A stretch of 64,000 bases of DNA from Camelus dromedarius (lineage: Eukaryota). Below the pieces are notes generated by a model. That model was given only the letters and a program-made list of their open reading frames with translations. It was not told the DNA's origin and searched no databases. This document shows, in pieces, positions 14,046 to 26,402 of this stretch. Within the stretch, counting starts at the first letter, position 1; every line of letters begins with the position of its first letter. Location of the stretch: the NCBI RefSeq assembly GCF_036321535.1, contig NC_087472.1:98644001-98708000 (forward strand). Direction: 5' to 3'. The position numbers were made by a program, and so were the translations under genes.

Positions 14046-15090
14046 CAGCTGACCCTTGAATGAGACTGTTAGGGTTGCCAACTCCACACAGATGAAAATC
14101 CACATGTAACTTTATAATCAGTCCTCCAAGGTATTTTATTACTTTGGGTGCTATTTTAAAGGGGATTGTTTCTCTACTTTCTTTTTCTGTTGATTCATCA
14201 TTAGTGTAAAGAAATGCCACTGATTTTTGAACGTTAATCTTGTAACCTGCTACCACGCTGAATTCTTCAATCAGCTTAGTAGTTTTTGTGTGGACCTTTT
14301 AGGGTCTTCTATATATAGTAACATGTCATTGGCATATAGTGAGACTTTTACCTCTTCTTTTCCAATTTGGATCCCTTTTATTTCTCTCTCTTGCTGTGGC
14401 TAGGACTTCCAAGACTATGTTGAATAGGAGTGGTGATAGTGGGCAGCCTTGTCTTGTCCCAGATTTTAGTGGGAAGCTTTTGAGTTTTTCACCATTGAGC
14501 ACTATGCTGGCTGTAGGTTTGTCATACATAGCTTTTATTATGTTGATATGTTCCCTCTACGCCCACTTTGGTGAGAGTTTTTATCATAAATGGGTGTTGA
14601 ATTTTATCAAATGCTTTTTCTGCATCGATTGAGATGATCATGTGGTTTTGTCCTTTCTCTTGTTGATGTGATGTATTACATTGATTGATTTGCGTATGTT
14701 GAACCAGCCTTGTGTCCCTGGGATGAACCCCACTTGGTCATGATGTATAATCTTTTTTATGTGTTGTTGGATTCTATTTGCTAATATTTTGGTGAGAATT
14801 TTGGCGTCTATGTTCATCAGTGATATTGGCCTATAATTCTCTTTTTTGGTAGTGTCTTTGCTTGGTTTTGGTATCAGGGTGATGGTGGCTTCACAGAATG
14901 AGTTTGGGAGTATTCCCTCCTTTTCAATCTTCTGGAAGAGTTTGAGAAGGACTGGTATAAGCTCTTCTTTGTACATTTGGTAGAATTCCCTGGCATATCC
15001 ACAGATTAAACCAACTGATGATGATCATATAGTATTGTAGTGTGTATTTACTGAAAAAAATTCAAACCCATGTTGTTCAAGGGTCAACTG
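14046..15090. mobile_element. Tigger2-derived MITE split by an L1 fragment
   Basis: Terminal inverted repeats cagctgacccttgaa (14046) and ttcaagggtcaactg (15090); 5' flank TA; halves at about 14046-14126 and 14994-15090. Confidence 0.8.
14126..14993 (-). mobile_element. Relatively young L1 ORF2 internal fragment covering the reverse transcriptase domain (frameshifted)
   Basis: Three consecutive minus ORFs with L1 RT motifs [49 protein letters not shown] (decayed YADD-type motif), [14 protein letters not shown]. Confidence 0.95.
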
Positions 15091-15907
15091 CATATATATG
15101 TATATGTATGTAAATCCTACTGACATTGATTCAAGAAAGAATTCTAGTAAAATTGTACACTAGCAGAGTTTCTATGAGAGACAAAGTGTATTTTGAAATC
15201 TGATTATTTAAGTATTATAACAGTGCCTGCCCCTCTCAAAAAATTCTCCAAAATGAAAGTTTATTTAGTTTTTTAAATAGTTGCAATGTTTTACCATTAA
15301 AATGTTTAACCACATATACAACTTTAATCTAACATTTTTCATTTTATATTATGAAAACATCATTTTATGTGTTTCAAAACAAAATTAACTGAACTAGCAA
15401 AAAAGGACCAAAACCACGTTTACAATATCCAAAACTGACTGTGCAATGTGAATAATAATAAAGAATGAACAAAAGCAGGGGTAATGAGACAAGCAATGCA
15501 TGCTACGAAAGTGTCAGTGTCCAACTACCCATTTAAAACAGTGAATAGAATCCTGATGGTCACTTTCTTAAATACAACCAATTAATGAAAAAAACACAGA
15601 AAATCAGGAGACAAGGCAGTATTACAAATCTTATTATAACTGCCAAAAATGATTTTGCTTATAAAGTGGCAAAGGTATTTTTAAATTGTCAGGGAGTAAT
15701 TATTGATTGGCTAAACTTAGTTGGGTACAAAATTTTGCAAACAATTAGTATCTATTTGATGACACACCTATATTGTGGTAAATCATGAGACATCTGTTAT
15801 TTAATATTCCTCTACTTGTTCAACCTTTTCACAAGAAAACATGAAACAATGTTATATTAAAACTGGTATCTGAGGAGGATAACCTATGAAACATGTGGAA
15901 GATTTTA

Positions 15908-16153
<246 letters not shown>

Positions 16154-16321
16154 TTATTCATTCATGAAAATATTTACTGAGTACTTTACTATACTTGACT
16201 ATATGTATAAGCAATGAAACAACTATTAAGAGGGACACATAAATAAGATAGGATTCCTAGCCTAGCAGAACACATAATCAAATGAGGATTTAGGGAAACA
16301 TCAGCTAAACAAAATGAACAT

Positions 16322-16405
16322 GCAAAGAAAGGGCACTGTATCTTGGAACTATGCCGCCCAAGAGCAAAGAAAGGGCACTGTATCTTGGAACTATGCCGCC
16401 CAAGA
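16322..16405. repeat. Perfect 2 x 42-bp tandem duplication
   Basis: gcaaagaaagggcactgtatcttggaactatgccgcccaaga at 16322-16363 and 16364-16405. Confidence 0.97.
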
Positions 16406-19400
16406 CAGAAAGATTATAAGGACTCATAAGCATTTTTTAAAAAAACCCAAACCTAAGTTCATTTACTTGTGAAATTCATTATCAACAATTATTTTTCAGT
16501 ATCTATTCTATTAGCATATGCATAATCATGAGTATAGGTACTAGAAAAATTCTGCTTCCTCTAAATGAGCAAAGTAAGCAAAACCCAGCAATAAAATGAA
16601 ACAGCAAAAGATAAATCATATGCAAGATAACTTTTCTTCTGTGTCTCCTCCACAATGACTCACATAAGAAGTTTGCTTTATAAAATGGTATACCTGGAAA
16701 ACCTCTACATCTTCAGGGGAACCAATAGACTTTCTCTCTTTTATAATACAAATTATAAAACTAAACTTATTTTTAATTTTGTCATGGTTGCATTAGCTTA
16801 CAGTCAAATATGAAGCACATCTAAAGCAATCACAATGGCTTTTTGATAAGTATTATTTGTTTTCTTCTTTCCCTTGGTCTCATTTTTCAATTTCTAGTAG
16901 TATTTATTATTTTACCCTAAATATTTCATCTATAAATTATTACAGAAAAGAGTTATATCAGTAAATATAAACTTTTTTTTACCATATTATATAGGAAAAT
17001 ATTGTAAGACCGCCTCACACAAACTTTAGGGAAAGACTTTATAAGTTACAATTAAATTTTACAATTAATAATTATGAGTTGTAAAACAATTCTGAGAAAG
17101 ACTGGTTAACCAGATCACAGGATGACCTTAATCAAACTACTAAGCAGCATGTACGGTACTGTCATCTGTAAAGTTAAAAGTATTATTCACTTATAGAAAA
17201 TCATAAAATTCAAAGTATGTTAGATAGCTTCTGAGGCCCAAACAAATTCTGTTCGATTTACCCTGCTTTTACAGTTAAGTAAAGTGAGACACAGGGAAAT
17301 TTTTTGGCTTTGCGTAAAGAGCTCAGAGCTTAGAGTAGACAGAGTTCAGAATGGGACTCTGTGAGGCCACCAGTGAAGGAATGCCTCTACCACAACTCCT
17401 TAGCATCAATAGTCTACTCCTGTTCAAGTAGGGTGGTGAGAAAAAATGAACCAAAATGGAAGATTAAATACTGGCGAGGTGAAAAAGGGAAGCAAATGGC
17501 ACAATGAATGTAGCTATATTGTTGAGTCAACAACCACAAGGTACCTAGTTTATGTATAATTTAGGTTTACTTTTTCAACGGTAATTTAAGAAAGAACTTA
17601 GAGGAGAAAAAAGGAGGGACCAGAGAAGGATTTGGACGCATAAATATTAAATACCAAGTTATGTATGTTCCCACTAAAGATTTAATAGTGATAAAAATCT
17701 GATTATTCTTTGCTGAAAATTCAAATTTTTGTTAAAAGAACTTTGTTTTGGAGCCATGGATTTGTTTTGAAAAAAAAAAAACCAGTATATTATATATATT
17801 CACTGCTAAATTTGAATTACAATAGTCTCTCAAGTTAAGAGGTTTGGTTTACACAAATGAAACAGTCTATTCAAATTCTATTGCATCTGAGCATGGACTA
17901 CTTGTGAAACATTCATGAGATTTTATCCAGCATGCCCCTATATTAAAAAAGAAATCCTCTTATAAGAGATACTCTCTAAGGACTAGATAAGAACAACTTA
18001 TAATTACGTCAACTAAACTTAAATGATACTTCTGAAGTGCTTGAAACTATTTTCATGTTTTCCCTATGTTAAAGCATTTTCCCTTAAGTACAACAGTCTG
18101 CATTTTTCATTTTTGTGTATTAATGATTTTAATGAGAAAACATTTGTTTACAAACTATAATGATTTCTTAGAGAAGCTCAAATTATAACAGTTTATATTA
18201 GAGAGGAACCTAATCGATCAACCTGGTAACATAACTTGCACTCTGTAGCCATTACCCCCATAAAAGATTCATTTAAATTATCTCTTTATATATTAGCATC
18301 TCAAATATTTCATTAGAAAAGGTAAAAATGATTTAAAAAGAATACAGATCTTCTTATAAATAAAAATCTGAAGTCAAAGTAAAAACACTTTGAAGCTTTC
18401 ACACTTGATAATATTAAAAAAATTTTTAAATACAACTCAAGAATTAGAGAAGAGAAAAATCTGTGCAAAACCTGGAAAGATGCCTTGAGAAGGTCTCCTA
18501 ACTTGGAATCCTACTAAAGAAATAACCTATATGGAGGAAATCCAGGTGAAAAATGAGGACGCCAGAGGAATCCAGTGGCGAGAAGAGACAAAAGATGCAT
18601 AGTAGAGGATGGGGAAGGAAATTCTTAATACTTATTTTAGTTAACACAAAATGTGACTACTTAAACCAATAATTCAAAAGCATTTTAAAAAAAATTCTAA
18701 AAAGTATAAAAATAGGCTGGAAGCTTATCTGTATATTAGCACCTATGTGGTACTATTTTAACAAAAGAGATGGATTAGTTGATCTCGCAAGTTAATTCTT
18801 ATGACAGCTCTCAATTCTAAGTAGCTCAAAATCAATTACGGACAACACAGATACTTTCTTGCTATTTCCTTCATGAAAGTGGATGGTTTGTTGTGACTTG
18901 CAGTCACCAGTAAATCACACTCCCTTGCCTACCATGTGAAGAAGCAAGAAGTAAATGAAGCACCCCTTTGCTTTGGGCCAGAGGTATGCAGATGAGAACT
19001 GCTTTGACTTTTTATAAACTGCAGGTTTATTCACTACAGATTTGCTTTTTACTGGATATGTATGGGACAACTAGGCATTACTATTGGTATAGAAAGAACT
19101 ACAACAAGTAAACAAAAGCTTGGACATGAAGTGTACTTAGCTATTTTCTTTGCCCTAGGTGTTACCTTCTTGGCCAATAACATTTCTGCCAGGAAGCAGA
19201 TGTGACTCCACACTGATTCAATATAGCCAGTCTAGTCTTAGGGAATTGTGGCTAAGTTCATACTGTTCTTCTCTCAATTATATGCATGCAAAAGCACATG
19301 AAAGAATGAAACGAAGGAATACATTTAACATTTTAGAAAATCAAGTTGGCTATATCCTTACTAGTGGCAAATTCTCACTAAACATCTAACTGAAAATATT

Positions 19401-20309
19401 CAGTATTGGCACCACATATTTTACAATGTCAATGCTACTTTATTTAGAGCTCTTAATGTGAATGCATCATGTAGCAGGTGTTTAGGTTTTATAATATTTT
19501 GCTTTATAAATATGAGTGAGTCCTAAAAGGACTGCTTTAATGACTTTTTCAGAATTGAATTATTTTGAGATGAATGAACCAAGCAATTATGCTGCAAAGA
19601 AACAAATCCTAGCAATTGCAGACATCAAATTTTTCATGCAAAATACCTATTACATGAAAAGTACATGAAGAATGAAATGAAAACTGTTCTTATCCTGTCA
19701 TAAATGATTCACTTGTACTTCTCAATAAAAGGTGTATTGTCAGAACATAAATTAAAGACTATACATTAAATTATATATATTTTATTTATGCTTTACTATT
19801 TCAGTGAATACAATGAGCTCTCTACTGAAGCACACCAAATGATAGCATAACAGCTCCAAAGAGTTAATACAACTCTAAACTATGAACAGCTTATTTCTTT
19901 CTAGGATAGCATGGTATAAACGATATGGTTGGTGCTTAATAAATGCATGAATGAACAAGTTACTAAATAAACCTTTGATTTTCATCATCTGGTGTAACAT
20001 TTATTTCCCATCAGGACTAATTTTAAGACAAGGCAGATGAAACTATTCCATGGCTTAAAAGAAACAAAGGAATTTGGTACTTTTTCTGTGTCTTCCTTAT
20101 CCTAGGAACAGAAACTTCAGAGTCAGAGGCTGTATAGGCAACAGAAAAAAATACAGTTCTCTGGAGAAAGGCAGAGAACTTCATTCAGTAATATAACATT
20201 AATTTAACAACCCCTATATGCTAATAAGCACTGGGCAGAAAGCATATCGAGGACTGAAAAACCTAAGCAAAGAATAATAATGTGATACAAAGTATAAGTT
20301 GCCATTCCT

Positions 20310-20699
20310 CCCATTACTTCACATTCTGCAGCAGCCGAATCAAAATCCTCATTTTTCTCTGAACACCCCATACTCTTTCACAATTCTGTCTTTACACGTA
20401 TTTCTACTGCCTAGATAAGTTTTCTCCAACTTTTTGTCTGGCAGACATCTACTAATCTTGCAAGTCCCAAAGCAAATCCCACCTACACTTCCTGGATCCC
20501 TGTAGTGTTCATCATCTCCTTCTGCACTCCCCTGGGATTTTCTTTAAATCTATTATTATCTTTTAATGACTGCTGTCTTCTTTACTAGACTGTATAATAT
20601 GCTATGAGCATAGACTATGCCTTTTTCATCTTTGTATTCCTTGCGGTAGGACTGCATGAGCATGAATGTATATATTTGTTAAAAGAATAAATGAATACA
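20310..20699 (+). mobile_element. L2 3' region
   Basis: tactagactgtataa...gcatagactatgcctttttcatctttgtattcc...tatttgttaaaagaataaatgaat. Confidence 0.6.
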
Positions 20700-21123
20700 A
20701 AAGAACACAGTAATGCCATTTCCAGCAACATGGATGCATCTGGAGATTGTCATTCTAAATGAAGTAAGCCAGAAAGAGAAAGAAAAATGCCATATGATAT
20801 CACTCATGTGGAATCTTAAAAAAAGGACACAAATGAACTTCTCTACAAAATGAAAGAGACTCACAGACACAGAGAACAAAATTATGGTTACCAGGGGGTA
20901 AAGGCTGTGGCAAGGGATAAATTGGGAATTTAAAAACTGCACTTCTTAGGGAGTGATGGAAATGTTAGCTATCTTGATTGTGGTCATGGTTTCATTGGTG
21001 TATATACATCTATCAAAATTCATCAAATTGTACATTTGAAATAAGTGTAGTTTACTGTACAGGAACCATACCACAATAAAAGTGTTAAAAAACATAAAAA
21101 TACATTAAAAAATAAAAATTAAA
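20700..21123 (+). mobile_element. 5'-truncated, apparently chimeric L1 3' end insertion
   Basis: L1 3' motifs (aatgccatttccagcaacatggatg, gatatcactcatgtggaatct), AATAAA and A-rich tail; 19-bp TSD aaaagaa(t/g)aaatgaataca at 20681-20699 and 21124-21142. Confidence 0.85.
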
Positions 21124-22599
21124 AAAAGAAGAAATGAATACAGTAGATGTAAAGAAAAAGTAGAAAGCCAGTAAAGACATTATAGTTTCAGAGACAAAAC
21201 ATAGTTCCTGATTCCCAACAGCACAACTCATAGTCTAGTCAACTCAGCTTGCTGATGAGGGATCTCACCTCCTATTTTATAATGGCATGCAGAAGTAAGT
21301 CAGAATTCTTGTTGCTCAGAAATTTACTTTATATTCACTGGAAAACATCTGGTACATAAATTGAAAGATATTTGCACTTCTAATGCTGATGTATAGCCAT
21401 GAGGAAGCAACAAAAAGGAAGTTTAATATTTGATATCTTTGGGGAATGTGACCAATCTATTGTTGAATAAACACAGAAAGAATGAATTTAATGTTTTGAT
21501 TTATTATTTTTCCCAAGAAAGTGATGCAACACAACAGTGCTTAAACTCAGAACTACAGAGGGGTTAAAACTCAACATATGAAGAGATTTGCCATAGCTCC
21601 ATGGCTCGAACGTGGCAATAGTCTAGACGTGTTTCCTCTGATGTTATCCTTTTAAGTAAGTCTAGGTCAGCAGAGCTTATTCATGGGTCAAAGCCTACAG
21701 GTCTAGACTATCTGTAGGTAGCACCATAATCACCAATCTTACTTCCTTCTTCAAACTGGCAGAGTGGAGCTCAGCACAAGAGTGGCTCATTTATAAGAAG
21801 CCCTGCTTATGAGACAGACACTTGAGATTTCAAGCTGTGACACCCCCAACTATTACTGTTATAGAAGATGTGGCAAATAGGGGACTTCTAGATCAGATTC
21901 CCATCTCCAAGCCACTTCCACTATACCTTCATGGCCACTCTGACTCGGATCTGGAGACCAGTATGCAAAAACACTGTGGACTCTTACCTCACCCTGAGTA
22001 CTACCTTTTATTTCAGGCATGATTTTTCCGATCTGATTCAGATAAGGGAAAGTGCAACTGCATGTTCTGCTCTGAATTGATTTCTCTTATCTCAGTGCCC
22101 ACACTAAGAAGTACAAATCTCTTATCAGGACATTAAGGTATTTTACCATCTGGCCCTATTCTATTTTTTAAAGTCTAATTTTCTGTCACTGCCTCGCACC
22201 TACTTTTGGTAGGAAAATAGCTGACCATTTTTCACGCACGCTCTTTATTCTGTGTGCCTGTGTACGTGTTGCTTTTTCTACCTGGAAATCCCTTCCCTCT
22301 GTTCCTCCACCTCTTAAACACATGCTCATCCTCCACTAGACTGTTAAAGATCACCTCTTTTGCAGTATGAACCCATTTATTTTAGTCAAAACTACTTATT
22401 TTTTCTGTTTCCTCATAATACTTAGCTCATATTTTTATTTAGGAATTACGCTATAATATTGTGATTATTTGTATGTCACTCTCATCCCACTAGGCTTTTC
22501 AAGATGGCAGGAACTAGATTTTACATCTGACACACAGTGCTGAATGTACTGATTCTGAAATTGTTTAATTATCTATACATTTCTTATTAATCATCATCT

Positions 22600-22840
22600 C
22601 AACAGTAGATACTACCTACTGAACACCTACTGTGAGCCAGGCACTGAATTTGGCACTATACAAACACAATCTCATTTGCTTTTCATACTACCACGAAGAG
22701 GTAGTTGGTATTATCTCTATTTTAAATAAAAGAACTAAGGCTATGGTGAAATTATTCCCCTCAAATGTCAGTAATTGACTGAGCCAAATTTCAATTCCAG
22801 ATTATTATGTTACAAGACTCATGTTCTTTCTCATTGTAGC
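22600..22840 (-). mobile_element. MIR SINE
   Basis: ctactgaacacctactgtgagccaggcact...atctcattt...gaggtag...tattatctctatttta. Confidence 0.7.
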
Positions 22841-23490
22841 TCTAGCCCCAATCATGTTAGTGTCATCTTACCTAACATGGAAAAGAAAATCTATATTCTT
22901 CTCAGAATATCTAATGTACTATCAGAAATCTTACAGGATTATTTTCACATTGATTTCTCTTGTCTGACTAGGCAGTGCTCTTTTAACATACAAAAGTAGC
23001 AATATAATGCACAATATTCAATTTTCATTGAGGCATGTATAAAGAACACTCAAATAAATTGATTATTTTAAAATGGATTCTTCTAAAATAGGATTACTTA
23101 ATATTTGTGATTCTAAAACAAAACTTTTAGAAGGAAATGAATGTCATAACTGATCGTATACAGTTGTATATCCCAAATGTTGCTGTGAAAACTCCCTTGG
23201 TGAGCTCTAACTTAGTTTTTCAAGTAGCTAGATTAAAATGTCACCAATGGAGATAATAAGCCTCTTTAATTTGTAATGTGGCACTGCATAACACATCAAG
23301 TTCAATGGAGGAAAATAACACATCCAGTTGTTTGAGAATTAGGGGATTCTTTTTGCTTGCATTTAAATTATGTTTTAAAAGGGGGTGGAGAGAAGGAGAA
23401 GAAGAAACAAAAAAAAATTTTTAAGGAAAAATGATTTTAAAAGTCAAGAAAAAAAAAATAAACTGGCAAAGTTTCCCTCCACACGTCTTA

Positions 23491-23748
<258 letters not shown>

Positions 23749-25989
23749 CTACGAAGTCACAAGTTAAGTCCATTTCAACTCTGGACTAGTTCTATCACCC
23801 ACCTTTTCTCAACCTTTATATGGGCTGCAGTGGGAGAAAAAAATCACTTCCTCATATCCCCAACTGTTAAGTTCCTATTCAAATTTTCCTCAGCAATTAC
23901 TGGAAATCTTTATCTCTCTTCTCAGCAGTTCTCTCTGTTGCCTGTTTCACGAAGTATGCTAATGGGCAGGTTCCCCTACTTCCAAACTTATTTGCACCCC
24001 ACTCCTTCTTTCCTCTTTAACCTCACTGCACAGAGAGAGGTATCATTCCTGCTATACAAGGCTAATCTTTCCCAATGAATCTAAATAATTATAAGTAAAA
24101 TTTATAACTACCACCTACAAATTTCCTACCTATTGTTCTTAAGAAAACATAACAGAAAATAAATGTTGATCTGTATTGTAAACCATACAAATTTACCATG
24201 AAAAAAAATGTGCTTTTGTCAACTGAAATATTAAACACACTATACACTACTTTTATAACACCACGCCTTAAAAAAATCAAAAGGAAGTCTCAAGTCATTT
24301 CTATGACATGTCTCTGACTTTTTCCGTAAGTTATACTGCTTTCTGCCATCTGCAGGGAAAGGAATGAACATAACCATAGCTCTAGAAAGAGGTTTCAAAA
24401 ATAATGAAACATTTACAAAATGATGATAACATTTGAGAGATATTCTAAGGATGTATAAATTTTCAGTAAATCAATGATATTACAGAAGATGGAGTAAAAT
24501 AAATAAATGAATCCACTATAACACAGAAGTAGAAGTATAATATGCAAATTGTATTTAACGTTCAAAATGTTAAAAACCCACTTAAAACTGATGTTAGAGA
24601 ATAACTCTATCCCCACTCCAGACAGTTTTACTTTATATCATTTTATACACAATATATGCGCTCTTATCTAAAAACAGAATACTCTGTGATGTTTACAGCA
24701 AAAAATAAAAATGTAAATGTAAATTCACTAGTTAGATTTCTATGCCACTCACTATCCACTATGAAGAACAAAGATTGACCTATGAAGGTTTGTGAGGACC
24801 TAGGTCCCACTTCTGCAAAATAAAGTTAGGAAATTAAACATGCATCAGTCCAATATCTTTTTGCTTACTCATATACATGAATGATAATTCAAGGCAGAAG
24901 ATCTTACTTTTAATCTCGTTTTCAGCCCCCTCATTACACTGACACTACTTTTTTCTAAGATATCCAATGACCGGTAACACCAGATTTAACTGCCCCATTT
25001 CCAATCTCATTCTTCCTAAGCAATTTCTCTATTTCTACTAGCATTTTTCCTAGCCTTAGAGCCATCTTTGATGACTCCTCAATTTAATCTCTTATCCTGT
25101 AAGTGAGAAACAATTTATTCATTCAAAATAGCTCTTGCTCTGTCCTTTCATACTCATGCTGTACAGCCTTCCCTGATTCCTGGTTGCTGTCCTGGCAGCA
25201 CTCTATCCAGTCTATCACTGTCAGATCTCTAAAAACACTCGTTGATCATCAAGCCATTACCTGATTCAAAAATTTCAATGATTCCTCCTACCAAAAGGTT
25301 AAAACTCAAAGATCTTTAAAAACTTTTTAACTTCTAAAACTTTCTTTTGGTCCTGGATACGAAGCATTAGTTAGCGTTCAGGTATTAATTGCAACATCTA
25401 CTAAAGACAAAAACAAGCATTTTATCTATAATATAAACAGCTAGAATGCTCATATAACCATGTTTTTCTTCTATCTGTAGGATAGTATACAATGATAAAT
25501 GACTAAGCAGAAAATAACTCACATTTAAGATCTTGTGGTACTTCCTAAATCGTCTAAAAAAGATAAATAATTCAGTAGCATTTCAGCACTAAGTGAATTT
25601 TACTGTATTCTAATTACTGGAAAATTGACCAGCCTATGTCAACATATAAGCTACTTAACAGATATGTAGAATATTTAGTAAATCAAATTGCTGAAGTATT
25701 CTAGAAAAACAAGATTTTGCTCTAGAATCTATGTAGTTAAAATTGGCTTAACAATTCTTATATAGTTCAGGATGATATAGCCACGTAAATTCTCGACTTA
25801 ACTCAGAGATGAGCTGGCCATCACTCTTACTTAATAAGTGTATTCACTCTTTGCTCTGCTTTTTACTGTATTCAACTTTATATTTTGTTCAACCAAAAAC
25901 TAAGAAAAGGTTTTCTTCAGAAGCATTTATGCCATTAGATAATTCTAAATTCCAACAAAATTTAGGCAATATCTACTTTAACAAATGGG

Positions 25990-26402
25990 AAAAAAATATG
26001 AACAAGAATAACAAACTGTGGGGTATCCATACCATGGAATAATACCCAGCAATTAAAAAGGAAATACTGATACAGACAACTTGGATGACTCTCAAAGGTA
26101 TGATGCCGAATGAAAATGGCCAATCTGGAAGAGGTTACTGGCTGATTTCATTTATATTATATACTTAAAAAGACAACACTAGCAGCAGAAAACAGGTCAG
26201 CAGTTGCCAGAGATTGGGAATATGAAGAGGCTGTGACTTTAGGAGCAGGATGGAGTTTTTCTGTGGTGATGAAACTGTTTTGTGTCTCGTCTGCAGTGTT
26301 GGTAACATAAATCTATACACGTATTAAAACTCATACAATCATAATGCCCCAAAAGTCAATTTTACTCTTGCTAATTTAAAAAATAAAAATTTTTAAAAAT
26401 GC
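25990..26402 (+). mobile_element. Old L1 (L1MC/ME-type) 3' end
   Basis: aacaaactgtggggtatccataccatggaataatacccagcaattaaaaagg...cagttgccagag...ggtgatgaaactgttttg...aaagtcaattttact. Confidence 0.8.

Noticed and set aside
14126..14993. Reverse transcriptase as a functional or novel RT system
   Set aside because: Ordinary L1 ORF2 sequence split over three ORFs, with a decayed catalytic motif (YAND) and no promoter.
16322..16405. CRISPR-like direct repeat
   Set aside because: Two abutting copies with no spacer, in mammalian DNA.
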